In this document: positions 13,191 through 24,402 of the stretch, piece by piece
Layout of the letters: every line of letters starts with the position of its first letter
How positions within the stretch are numbered: the first letter of the stretch is position 1
DNA from: Chlorokybus atmophyticus
Lineage: Eukaryota; Plantae; Mesostigma and Chlorokybus algae
Assembly (NCBI GenBank): GCA_009103225.1
Contig: RHPI01000277.1
Coordinates: forward strand, 642,074 to 706,073
Direction: 5' to 3'
Length of the DNA stretch: 64,000 nt
Made by a program: the position numbers and the translations under genes
Notes under the pieces: model-generated
Databases searched by the model: none
Seen by the model: the letters and a program-made list of their open reading frames with translations, nothing else
What the model was told of the DNA's origin: nothing

Positions 13191-16100
13191 CAGTCTACCC
13201 TCGTTAAAGGAATTCGCTTTAAGGGAATATCCCCGCTAAGATCATAGATTATCAAAAGACCAATGGTTTTACAGGCAAATATCTTCACTTAGTGGAATAG
13301 TCTTGTACGTAATAAGACTAATGTTACCGCATGCAAATCCCAGTGGTGATATGCTCTTATCGGGGTAGCAGTGCTGTGCGCAAGGGCACAAGCAAGCACT
13401 TAATCTTGTGCCCTTGTGCCCATGCAAGTGCTTCTGTGCCTTAAGCCGCCACGTCAGTTGCAGAGGCACTGGTTATGCCCTAGAGGCGCGGCAAGATGCG
13501 GCGGCGGCGGCAGCGCGAGGGTTGGCGGCGGCGGGGGCAAAGGTGTAGATAGGTAGTAGTAGACCTTGACGGTGGGAACAGCTGCTTCAAGCTTTGGAGG
13601 GCTTGTGCTAAGGTGTGTGTTGTGCACATGCACGTGTGTATGTGTGCATTGTTGTGACTGCACGTGAACACTAAGGCCATTCTGTGCGTTTTGTAGGTCA
13701 TCATGTCTGCACCACAGCCTGCTAAGCATAGCAACATCACTCTCAAGGACAAGAAGCGCATATTAGAGTTGTATGTTGAGTTGCGCGAGAACACCAACGT
13801 TAGGCAAGCGGACTTCATTGCTATTGTTACATCCAAGTTGAAATTGGATATCAAACAGAGTGCATTGTCCAAGTTGCTGACTGGCCGTGATAAGATAGTT
13901 GAGACGCTAGCTCAGGGTGGTAATTTCGCTGCAAGTACCAAGCGCATGCGGCTTGCAACACATCCCAAGTTGGAGGATGCATTGTATGCATGGTTTGTAC
14001 ATTGTACAGCTCGGGTTCGCAATGCCACCATCACAGATGTAATATTGATAGAGAAGGGCAAGGACTTTGCTAGCAAGTTGAACATAGAGGACTTCAATGC
14101 ATCACACGGGTGGGTGAATCGGTTCAAGAAGCGTCATGGCATCTCCGCTAAACCATTGTACGGGGAAGCCAACGATGCAGATGAAGAAGGGGTCGACATG
14201 GCCCAAGCTGACTTGCCAGAGGTTCTTGAGGACCACGGCGCTACCAACACCTACAACATGGCTGAGAGCGGGGTGTTCTACCGGGCTCGTCCACGCCGCA
14301 CATTGGTCACTTCAAGTGAAGAAGCGAGAGGGGGGAAGAGAGAGAAGGATAGGTTCACAATAGCATTGTGTGTGAATGCCGACGGCTCCGAGAAGTATCC
14401 CCTTTTGCTGATTGGTACGTCAAAAAGACCTAGGTTTTTTGGGAGCACATGGACTCCCATCCGCATCGATGTGGAATACGAGAACAACAAGAAGGCTTGG
14501 ATGAATGCAGAGGTAAGGTGTTTGACACTATTGCTGGCAAGTCTGTTAGTGCAAACGGCAAGTCCATATGTGTGATTGTAAGTTCGTGTGTATGACCAGA
14601 CGTTGTCTCATGCAGATCTTCAGTCACTGGCTCTGCAACTTCGCTTTTCAGATGAAGCTGCAGAAGCGCAATGTATTGTTGTTGCTCGAGAGATGTCGAG
14701 CAACAACACTTCCACCCACGCCTGCAAGTACGGGGTCGCGGGCATGGAGAAAGGGTTTAAGACGCTGCAGGTGGACACTGTGAAGTGTCTGTTCCTGCCT
14801 CCAAACACAACCAGCAAGGTTCAACCTCTTGACGCTGGCATTATTGCTGCGTTCAAGGGCAGGTACGCTGCTGCGTTACTCTGGTTACAAACTGAGTCCG
14901 AATTTAGAAAACTTGTAATAACATTTGGGCTGGAGGGGGGGAAGTCCCCCCCTCCCCCCCCCCGGACCCCCCTTGTTCGTCAGAGTTTGTAATGCTTTCT
15001 CACTTTGGTCGTGGCAGGTACAAGCGCAAGCTTGTTGCGTACTTGCTGCAGCAATATAATGCCGACCCAACAACCGACTTGCGCACGGTGAAGGTGCAGT
15101 TGAGGGAGGCAATCATATGGTGTCGCGAGGCGTACGGGGAGCTCACCGCAATCACTATCTCGAATTGCTGGAGGAAGAGCGGCATCACCCCCTCTGCTTG
15201 GCACGCGCCAACTCCCGACACTGACGCACGCGAGCAGGCTGTTGTACAGGAGATCGGGGACATCATGCAGCGTCTCCCCATTTCACGTGCGGAGATGCTC
15301 TCCCCAGCTGAGTTCGTTCACGTCGATGACACCCTCCCAACCGAAGCCGGGCAGAGCAATGATGACATCCTGCAAAGCGTCGGAGGCGTTGAGGGGGCCA
15401 CCGCTGAGCCTGATGAGGCTGACGGTGAGGGATCTCATTTCAATACGTGTGCGTGTATGTGCATGAGTGGGCACTTACAATGCCTTGTGTTGTAGATGAT
15501 GATGAGGAGGAGGAATCACCCCCACGCATCACAGTGGCAGAGTGCATGAGGTTCTTGGATGGTGTGGAGGCCTTCATCGCCACCAATGACTGCCCCATCT
15601 CAGAGCATCATCAGCTCACCTTACGGCAGCTGCGCAACGTGGTCATCAAGCATCAGCTGTTTGACGCTGGCCGTTAGACCACCATACAGGACTTTTTCAC
15701 TGCGGGTGCTTCTGGACATGATGCTAGCACTAGTGGCACTTGTGGCACAATCCATGAGCCAGTCGAGTTAGAGTAGCGTGCATACCATGCATGCACGAGT
15801 GCACACTGTAATGCTTGTATTGGTGGTGATGGCCTCGCAGATGCATGCTGCTTGCTCTTGCACACACGCGCAAAGCAATATGCTCATGTACACATTCAAG
15901 CAGATTCATTACATATTTTACGCATGCGTGCGCGCCATTGTACATGCACATAAACACTTGTTGTATCATAACTTCAAGCATGCATGCTGTCACACAAAAC
16001 CAGGTTACATTGCGTGTTATTCAATTGCTTGATGTACGTAAAACCACTATACTGATTATATACATGTGAAATAGACACACTTCGTTAATAGCATAATTAT

Positions 16101-16264
16101 TCTTATAAACGCTCATGCGCTTTTCTGGCAGGACCCCCACTAAAAGAATATATATTCTCTTATCGTTAACAGAGTGTATATTCCCTTAAACGCTAAAAGC
16201 ATAACCCCGTTAATGGCATGAAAAGCTCCAGGATAAACATGATTCTTATAACGGGGGTAGACTG
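13191..16264 (+). mobile_element. pogo/Tigger-type Tc1-mariner DNA transposon, 3074 bp
   Basis: TIRs CAGTCTACCCTCGTTAAAGGAAT / reverse complement CAGTCTACCCCCGTTATAAGAAT. TA flanks at 13189-13190 and 16265-16266. Internal transposase. Confidence 0.93.
13703..15776 (+). pseudogene. pogo/Tigger transposase (CENP-B-type HTHs + DDE_1), spliced, inactivated
   Basis: LEDALYAWF, FNASHGWVNRFKKRHGI, LYGEA, KDRFTIALCVNADGSEK, NKKAWMN, FLPPNTTSKVQPLDAGIIAAFK, and C-terminal GR*TTIQDFF. First catalytic motif reads NMAESG instead of NxDETG. Frameshift near 14690 and a TAG at 15675. Confidence 0.9.
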
Positions 16265-17189
16265 TAGTGGTCGCGCAGCAGACATGATCCGTGCCGCACC
16301 AGACATGGTGCGGCACGGACCAGTCAGGCGCGCTGGTCCTTCCCTGCGAGCCAGGCACGGTCCCGCGGCTGTCGCTTACCGTATCCAGTCCGTCCCGAAC
16401 CATAACTGGCGCGGCACGGACCAGTGACAGTACTAGTCCGTGTATTGGCCAATACTCGACGGCCGACGTCACTGGCTGACAGCAAGTGACGTCGGTCGTC
16501 AGTAAATCCTCCACCGCAGAGGATGCAGGTGGGCGCCGAACGCGCCCCTCAGCCTGCACCCTCTGCTAACTTAATCATAATCAAGTTACGCAATCGGTAG
16601 CTTGCGAAGCTTACCTTGCAGAGCCCTGTGAGCCTGCACGCCGTAGTTGTTGTCGTTGTTGTTGTACTTGAGCAACAGCGACGGCGGTGGCGCTGAGCTT
16701 GTTGTTGACCCTCCTGCCACACCCTGACTTACGATGTGTGCAATACAGTGTGATTGCGCTTACGCGCGTTGTGTTGTCTCAATCGCACGACTTCAGATGA
16801 TCGCTACCATTTAATTGCGTCTGATGCGAGTCGCATCGCACGAAGGTGAGCATTTGACTTTAATAGCGCTTCCAGCGTACGATATGCCTGATCACAAGCT
16901 TACGCGCGACGCGTTGTTTGCTTATAACGAGGTTTTCGTGCCGTCGGTACGCCCTTCACAGGCAATACAAACGCAGACGATTGCTACACTTATTACCACT
17001 CCTGTCATTGCAGGGGACAGATCGTAGTGTCATAGTACATGCCCGACTTTGCACATTAGTGTAAGATTATAGTTGGAAACTGTTGTAATCTAAACCTTGC
17101 ATCGCGTGAGAGCTCATACTCTACATACAACAGTACGCCGCACCATAACCGCGGCCCGTCCATGCCGCTACCATGAGTACCTACATAAA

Positions 17190-17830
17190 ACATAGAATAA
17201 TAATTGTGCAAATATATATAGCTCAAAACTTATTGACAGGCCGCCCCAACTGTCGGACAATGCTCCCCGACAGGTGAACAGCCGCAGTTAATCGGTGGCC
17301 AACCGATAGCCGGGCTGTACATAAGCTGTAAGGGGCTGTCTGTGCAATGAACATAATTATCATTATTGCATGTGCACGAAGTTGCGAATATGTATCATAT
17401 GAATGTGCTTTAGACATGCATTGATGTACAAACATTAATGCAGACATACGTATATATAAATACATGAATGCATGCATGCATTGATGCATATATGTTGTGG
17501 TATAATGCGATAATTTTAAATGTAACTTTTGGCACGCATCATCAAATGGACCCATGGCGGTAGTGAATGTTACAATATTATAGCAATAATATATTAGTGT
17601 TTTGCGCAAGTGTTGTACATTCACGTTATACGTATACGTATTACATATGTTATATAGTACTACAAGTCTCATAAAATTGTACATGCACACATATATACAT
17701 ATGTAATTGTGATTTATATATGTATATATGTATATACACATTTATATATACATATATATATATCAACATTCATATATGTATACCTTTATGTGATTTATAT
17801 TGTGATCATCTGTGTATGGATACATTTTTT
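17190..17830. repeat. AT-rich low-complexity tract (TA/ATGT/ATAC microsatellite-like)
   Basis: Sharp drop in GC with TATATA/ATGTAT/ATACAT runs. Confidence 0.7.
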
Positions 17831-18116
17831 AATCAAAAATGGGCTGTCATTGATAGCCCTAACAAGATTACCGGCACATTTCATTCAGCCCCGGGCTGAG
17901 CCCCCTTGACCAAATGTTGTATTCACATTACCCCGGCAGCCGCCGAGTTGCGACTGTCCATTCATTTTTGAAATTGCTTAAAGTGATACTGGTACAGCTT
18001 ATGCATGTTTACAGCATGCACTGCATGGGCTTAGGCCTGTGGGCGTATCAATCGACAAGCGGCCGTCGGCACGTTGCAAACTATATGCAACTATTTCGCC
18101 GTCCCTACCAGTACAT

Positions 18117-18189
18117 GCACTTGTAGCTTAGTGGTTAGGGCGTCGTGTTTGTTAACTGAAGGCACTGGGTTCGATTCTTAGTGGACGCA
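18117..18189 (+). ncRNA. Degenerate tRNA-like sequence (Pol III A/B boxes), probably a SINE head or tRNA pseudogene
   Basis: 73 nt, with A-box TAGCTTAGTGG and B-box GGTTCGATTC at tRNA spacing. Acceptor and anticodon stems pair poorly, mostly through transition mismatches. Confidence 0.6.
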
Positions 18190-18202
18190 GGTATTCTTGG
18201 CT

Positions 18203-18730
18203 AATCATTTCAGCAACGCCGTGGCCTCATGCGCAAAAAGGCGGGTGTGGCCGGTGCCGTCGGCTCAAGATCAAGCCACTTTTGGTGCATTCACTCTCAG
18301 TTCTGATTATAATATATAAATGTTTCGGTTCATCCGTCCACTGGCCGGAGCAGTAATCATTTCAGCAACGCCGTGGCCTCATGCGCAAAAAGGCGGGTGT
18401 GGCCGGTGCCGTCGGCTCAAGATCAAGCCACTTTTGGTGCATTCACTCTCAGTTCTGATTATATTATATGAATGTTTCGGTTCATCCGTCCACTGGCCGG
18501 AGCAGTGATGACTGAATTTCACAATCTAGTGATTGGGTCCTTGGTCCGCTGTCAGTGGATGCATGTGTTCTTGGCTAATCCTTTCAGTAACGCCGCGGCC
18601 TCATGCGCCAAAAGGCGGGTGTGGCTGGTGCCGTCGGCTCGAGGATCAAGCCACTTTTTGTGCATTTACTCTCAGTTCCAATAATAATGTATAAATGTTT
18701 CGGTTCATCCGTCACCTGGCCGGATCAGTG
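18203..18730 (+). repeat. Tandem repeat with a 152-bp unit: two near-identical copies plus a diverged third after a ~60-bp spacer
   Basis: AATCATTTCAGCAACGCCGTGGCCTCATGCGC...CCACTGGCCGGAGCAGT starts at 18203 and 18355; a third copy starts at ~18576. Confidence 0.95.
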
Positions 18731-18822
18731 GTGATTGAAACTTTACAATGCAACGATTTGGTCCTTGGTTCGCTGCCCGGACGGTACCTGGTCCTGACGC
18801 GATTAAAGTTGACGGGGCCATA

Positions 18823-19284
18823 CAGTCTACCCCCTTTAAGAGCATACGTTTTATTCTCCGCTATGCGCTTGGCGGGGTAATTCTCTTGACGTCCAAGAGC
18901 ATGTTATGCTCTTGGGTGTCAAGAGCATAAACATGCTTTAAGCGCGGGTTTATCATGCCCATCATGCCCATTACGTCACGCACATCACGTCACGCCCATC
19001 TTGTCGTCACGTTGATTACGCTGGTTGCGCGTCATACCTCGCCTCACGCCATAATCGTCACGATCATTACGCCTTATGCCACACCTGTCACGTGTCATCC
19101 CTCGATGTTAGCAATATACACACTAAAACTTGCAAGAATTTCATGAAAATAAAATATGCTCTTCGCGGTTAGTGATATTCTCTTAAGCACCAACATTTGC
19201 CTGTAAAACCATTGGTAATCTCACATTCTATGCTGTTAGCGGGGTTATTCTCTTGGGGCAAAGTCTCTTAGCGGGGGTAGACTG
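18823..19284. mobile_element. 462-bp MITE of the same pogo/Tigger family
   Basis: TIRs CAGTCTACCCCCTTTAAGAG / reverse complement CAGTCTACCCCCGCTAAGAG, TA on both flanks, no ORF. Confidence 0.9.
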
Positions 19285-20979
19285 TACATGGTGCGACCCC
19301 AAAAAAACATGGGACCGTTCACGTGAGGTTTGGACTATGCATTGTCCGACTATCAATGACGGACCGACCATATATGGTCCGCTAATCTGATTTAGCAGAA
19401 GAAAATCCCGATCCAGAGGTACGGACCATTCATGGTCCGTAGACGTCAATCGGTTTGAAGTGCTTGGTGTTGTCCTGCCCAACATGCATCGCGCTGTTGT
19501 GTACAGCAATTAAACGGCACATGTGAGGCAAGCAATTAGGGACAGCATAGTCTTTGCCCAATAAAGCATACGCGGCATCATGGCAAAAGTATTGATTGAC
19601 AGGGGGGCTACACGGCCAGGCTGTCGGTGACGATCCCAGGAATGCTACATGGCATGACACAATAAAATGCTGCACCTCATGCTTAAGGTACGAGTCATAT
19701 TCACAAACATGCATTCAGTCCGTGCACACACACACGAACAACCAAAGCAAACCAACACAGCGCCACACTAACATTACACCCGGCATGCATGTGGCAAGAC
19801 CAAACGTACATGATTGCGTTGCAGGCAATAGACAACACCGCATGCACGTCTTCTGCCAACCAAGGAAGCAAGCTAAGCCTGCAAACCTAGCATCACAAGA
19901 GCTGTCGAATCAGTAGCAACATAAATGCAAGCCCTTGGCTATGTTGTTGCTTGCTTGGTTTAGCAAGGTCATACATTTATAACTTGTGTTTTAAGTGCTA
20001 AGCCCCGTGTGCTACCGTGTAGTTTTTTGCTTAAGGAATAAGCTATTGCGCGAAATTGCTCCATTCACTCTTAGCATGATCCACCTGCTTGCTGCAAAAT
20101 CCGCAGCCAGCTTCTTGCTCTCCGGCACACGCCGTAAAATGGTTGCTACTCCCTGTTACCCATAGCATAACTTGATGTCTCCTCCTCCTCCTCCGCCACC
20201 GCCGCCGCGCACCTTGAACGTGCACAAGCACACTCTTCACACCGGTATCAATGCAGGTAGGGCTGTATTTGCTCGCTACCAGCGGCGGCGGGCGTTGGTG
20301 CACTGTATCTTAATGAGGCAAGGAGAGGAGTAAAGCACAGTGGACAGCGAGGAGAGCTGAGGTACAGCCACCGGCTTGGTCAGCACTGGCAAGTTTGGCG
20401 CTCATGCTAAACTTGGACTACGCTGGCTGCTATGCTTGCAGAAGACCTGCTTACCGGTGAAAACGTTAGCTTGTAATTCGTTGTTGAGTAGCCTTGTGCG
20501 AAGGGATCAACATGCGAGCAGCATGGCGCTCGCGTTTTGCCCTGCCATGCTTGACGAGTTGCCGGAAGCGGACGGCGTAGTGGTTATGGTTGCCGGCATG
20601 GGCTTAAGCCAAGCTTGTGAAAGGTTGGCGCATACAACATGTATGTGTGACATAAACAGTCGCCTTCATGACACATCCTCCTGCGTTGCTTTTAACCGCG
20701 GGCCCGACCCTCGCATAGCCTTGCTTGATGGCGGGATGCTTGCACCCAGCATTCGTGGCAAGCGTTTAACAGCTGCTCTGCTTTTAGCTCAACCGGTGGC
20801 TGTGCTGTCATGTGTGCACTCTAGGACCACTTGCTGGCTTCCGCTCTGTTGTGCCATTACCTTGTTCAATTTAAGGAGCAGGCATACGTTATTGTAGTCC
20901 TCGTCTTATGTGTTTCAATTGCGTGAATGAGACTTGAGCTTGGCAATGTTAGGTGCCAGTGGCTTTGGTACATCTCAAT

Positions 20980-22400
20980 CCTTCCAGCAAGGCGTGTTGG
21001 TGCAGGTGAACATAAGCAAAGCTCGCCAAGTTGCGTTGTGGAGGTAAAAAGCGCTTGCCTCTTGTCATTTCACCAGGTCGGACGCGTGATGATGAGCACG
21101 TCAGGCGACCTTGTCGTGGACTTGCTTATCAAGCACATAGCACTGGCATGGCTTTGTCAAAAGCTTACAGGGTATGCGTGTGTGCGCATGCCTGACTGTG
21201 CAGGTTCTACAGTTTATGGCTTTTACTTAATTGCGTGTTTTGTGTTGTCAATCGGTAAATGACACGAGCTCTGTATCTGTATAGGCTCTACAAAGCTGGC
21301 AAGCCCCTCGTGTTGTACGTGTGAACTCACCGCATGCTAATGTTGGGTTCAACACGGTATGCTGTGCTGCAGTGTATGTCTTATCGGCTTTTGCGTGTGT
21401 GCTATTTAATTGCATGTTGGTTCATAATGGGTTGGTTACACGCATTCTACGCAATATGTGCTTATGACTTCTATGCTTGTGGCCTTCATGCAAGTGTAGG
21501 CAAGCCCTGAGGTTGACGCTGCTCTTGTTGAACCTCCATAACTTGCATGTCGGTGCATGTGTCGAGCCAACTGAAGCACGTGTTATTCTGCAGGTCAATG
21601 ACGTGTTGGACTGTGGTGCCCGCCAAGAGTGCTTTGTAGCTCCCCACCCCATGTAAGTAGGTGCGTATGTGAGGGACAGACACTGTGTCAATTTGCGTCA
21701 TTAAGTGAAAGCATGTATGATTCATACGCAGGTCTACTATGCATAACTATTCAGCGAACAAATTGACATTTGCGTGGTAGGTGCCAACAGCTGCGGTTCG
21801 ACTTTCGGCTTTCAGCAAGCAGCAAGGCGTGTTGCTGCTAGTGAACATAAGCAAAGCTCAGCGAGTTGCTCTGTGGAGTAAGCAACACACAACCATTACG
21901 CTCGCATCACCTTCGTGGTGTCACTGAGTGATTGCAAACGTATGCAAGGGCTCCACAACCAATCATGCATGCTGCATGTATGTGTGCAGGAGAGCTTGTG
22001 CACGGCATCGACATCGTGCAGCGGGACTTGTGCACGGCATTAGACATGAGTTCTTAAAGAGCGCTTGTCATGCTACCAGACTATCCGCGTGATTATGGGC
22101 ACGTCACACATCCTTGTTGTGGATGTGCTTAATGAGCATATATATAGCACTGACACCATTGGTGCAACGCCCACAGGGTATGCGTGCTTGGCTTCGCAGG
22201 TTCTACAGCTTTATGGTCTTCACTCGAGTGATTATTCTTGTGTGCTACACCAAGCAAATGACATGAGCTTTACATGATTAATGCTTCGGGCCTACAAAGC
22301 TAGCAAGCTGCTCCATGGTATGCCTGCTGCGATACAGTGTCTCCTTGGCTTTGCAGGTATATGCATTTCAGTACATGTGTATGTTGAGACATTAAAAGCA
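20980..22400 (+). repeat. Degenerate direct duplication (period ~0.85-1.0 kb)
   Basis: AGCAAGGCGTGTTG.TGC..GTGAACATAAGCAAAGCTC at ~20986 and ~21821; ACAGGGTATGCGTG and GCAGGTTCTACAG at ~21170 and ~22175; CTACAAAGCT.GCAAGC at ~21288 and ~22291. Confidence 0.7.
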
Positions 22401-22430
22401 CATGTTCTGCACATCCAGGATGTTAACTAG

Positions 22431-22496
22431 CCCCCCCCCCCCCCCCCCCNNNNNNNNNNNNNNNNNNNNNNNNNNNNNNNNNNNNNNNNNNCCCCC
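22431..22496. other. Poly-C tract spanning an assembly gap (N 22450-22491)
   Basis: Directly visible. Confidence 0.95.
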
Positions 22497-23096
22497 TTGC
22501 AAGAGACAGCCAGTTTTTAGCAAATGTTTACTGCATTATTCAGCTGTTGTCAATGAGTAAAGGCATGCATTTGTGGCTTTGCACCATCTGCATGCTGGGA
22601 AAGGGGCGTCTCATTGCGTTTATTATTATGTAAAGAACTACTTACGAATCAATGCCACCTGCTGCCTGTGGCTGAGGGCAACGTTGCCATGCATGCATGG
22701 CCCTCTTCCTCTTCGCATGCGTGTGTGTTCTTGTGCACGACTAATGTCCTCACGTTGCTTTGGAGAACTCAGCAGCACAGCGCAATTAAGATACAAAAGC
22801 ATGATTCTGCACTATATAAGAAAGCTGAGACCGCTGTCTATTCCCACATGTTTAAGAAGGTGATATTGCAAATGGCAAAAATGAATGTCAGCACTTTATA
22901 TTAAGTTGTATATGAATGCCCTTGTGCATTATTGCATTTGGTAAGCACAAGCGCATACAACTTGACGGTAAAAGTAGTGCAACTTGCCACTCACATATAT
23001 ATAAATATATATGCATATATGCATTCATGTATTAGCGCCAAGTACAATGCAACAACCGCATTCACTAAATGTAAACAGGACGTACCCTAAAGTACT

Positions 23097-24311
23097 TTAA
23101 GCAAACAATAGATGCAAGCTACCTCCTGGAGGCAGCAAGTTGGCGCGCTTTGCATGCGTCACTTTCTTATATACGCAAGTGCTTATATACGTTAAAACCA
23201 AATATGGTAAAACTTCCTCCATGCACGCTTGCATATACAGATCATCTTGTAACAGTGTGAAACACTGAATGATGCACGAAGCTTGTGCGACAGAATTCAG
23301 CAGTATCAACACCGCCTCGTAATGTCCGCCAGACACGTCCTCCACATGCTCGATGATGCTTTGTATCAGCCATGCTGATGACATCTGTCCAGCAAGTGCC
23401 GTTAGCTATGATGGAGGAGGTAGCTTGCAAAGTTGTGCAGCGGCTACGAACTCCTCCACAGCCTTTCGCTCCCAGTCCACTAGGATAGCTGGGTTGTCCA
23501 CCCCAACCCCGCAGCCAAGCAAGTAATTTTTCAGCTTAGCAGCAATCTCTGCACTTGCGTATATCACGCTCGCTGACTGAAAGCTCATTTAACAGTAGCA
23601 ACAGATAACATCAATTGTCATGTGAACGATTGCGCAATGAGTATAGAATTCAATATAGTGTGCAAGCTTCGTTTTTTGCATACATTGTGACAAGCGATTA
23701 AAAAGGTGCGTGCAACGCATGATGCATGCAGACTTGTGCGCACCTTGGGCAGCGGCTTGGTTACGGCAAATGGTTGACATGTAGCATGCACGGAAGATGA
23801 AGAAGTCCCGAAGCTCAAGTGCTAGAAGCGAGACTACCACAGCAATATCACTTTTCGTACTTGTAAGGCACCTCAGGCGGCGTCGCCGGTGTTGGCAACC
23901 GTCTGCTGCTGCCAGTGCCTTTGGACAGACGGCCTTAACGGATTGCAGGCCTAACAGATAACGGCCGCCTGGTACCAGCGATGACTCATCGCGCGTGACG
24001 AGTCATCACGCTCCACGCACAAGGATGAGTTCACAGTATGCGGCGAGCCGTTTTCCATCCAAGTCAGCTCGCTCCCAATTCAAGCATCAAACTCCCCGCG
24101 CACAGCATGTCTGGCTGTCCTTCGCGGCATTGTTGGCGTCATCATCGTCGGCCGCCGCGTCCTCGTCGCCGTTGGCATTGCAGGCGGCAGCTCTTTTCGG
24201 GCATACCGGATTGGCATCACCAAGCCCATTGGCCGAGTTGCTAGTGTTGTAGATGTCCGCATTGGTGTAAGGCGGAGAGTGAGCTTGGCGCTGCTGCGAC
24301 CCGCTTGGCAT
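23097..24311 (-). pseudogene. Orphan spliced coding remnant, head-to-head with the GOLD gene
   Basis: ORFs 23406-23588 and 23097-23384 are in one frame separated by a single TAG. A low-complexity candidate first exon lies at 24087-24311. No family recognised. Confidence 0.3.
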
Positions 24312-24402
24312 GCCATCCGCTTAGGGTATTTGGAGGCCAGGGGGCGGAGGACGGGGAGAAGGTCAAGCAGGAGGAGCAAGGGGTTCTTGTCTTGGCTTGA
24401 AA

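Noticed and set aside
18117-18189. Functional tRNA gene
   Set aside because: The acceptor and anticodon stems pair poorly, so no anticodon can be assigned with confidence.
18203-18730. CRISPR-like array (also considered for 27721-27895 and 61690-61900)
   Set aside because: The units are contiguous tandem copies with no unique spacers, no cas genes are present, and the context is eukaryotic.
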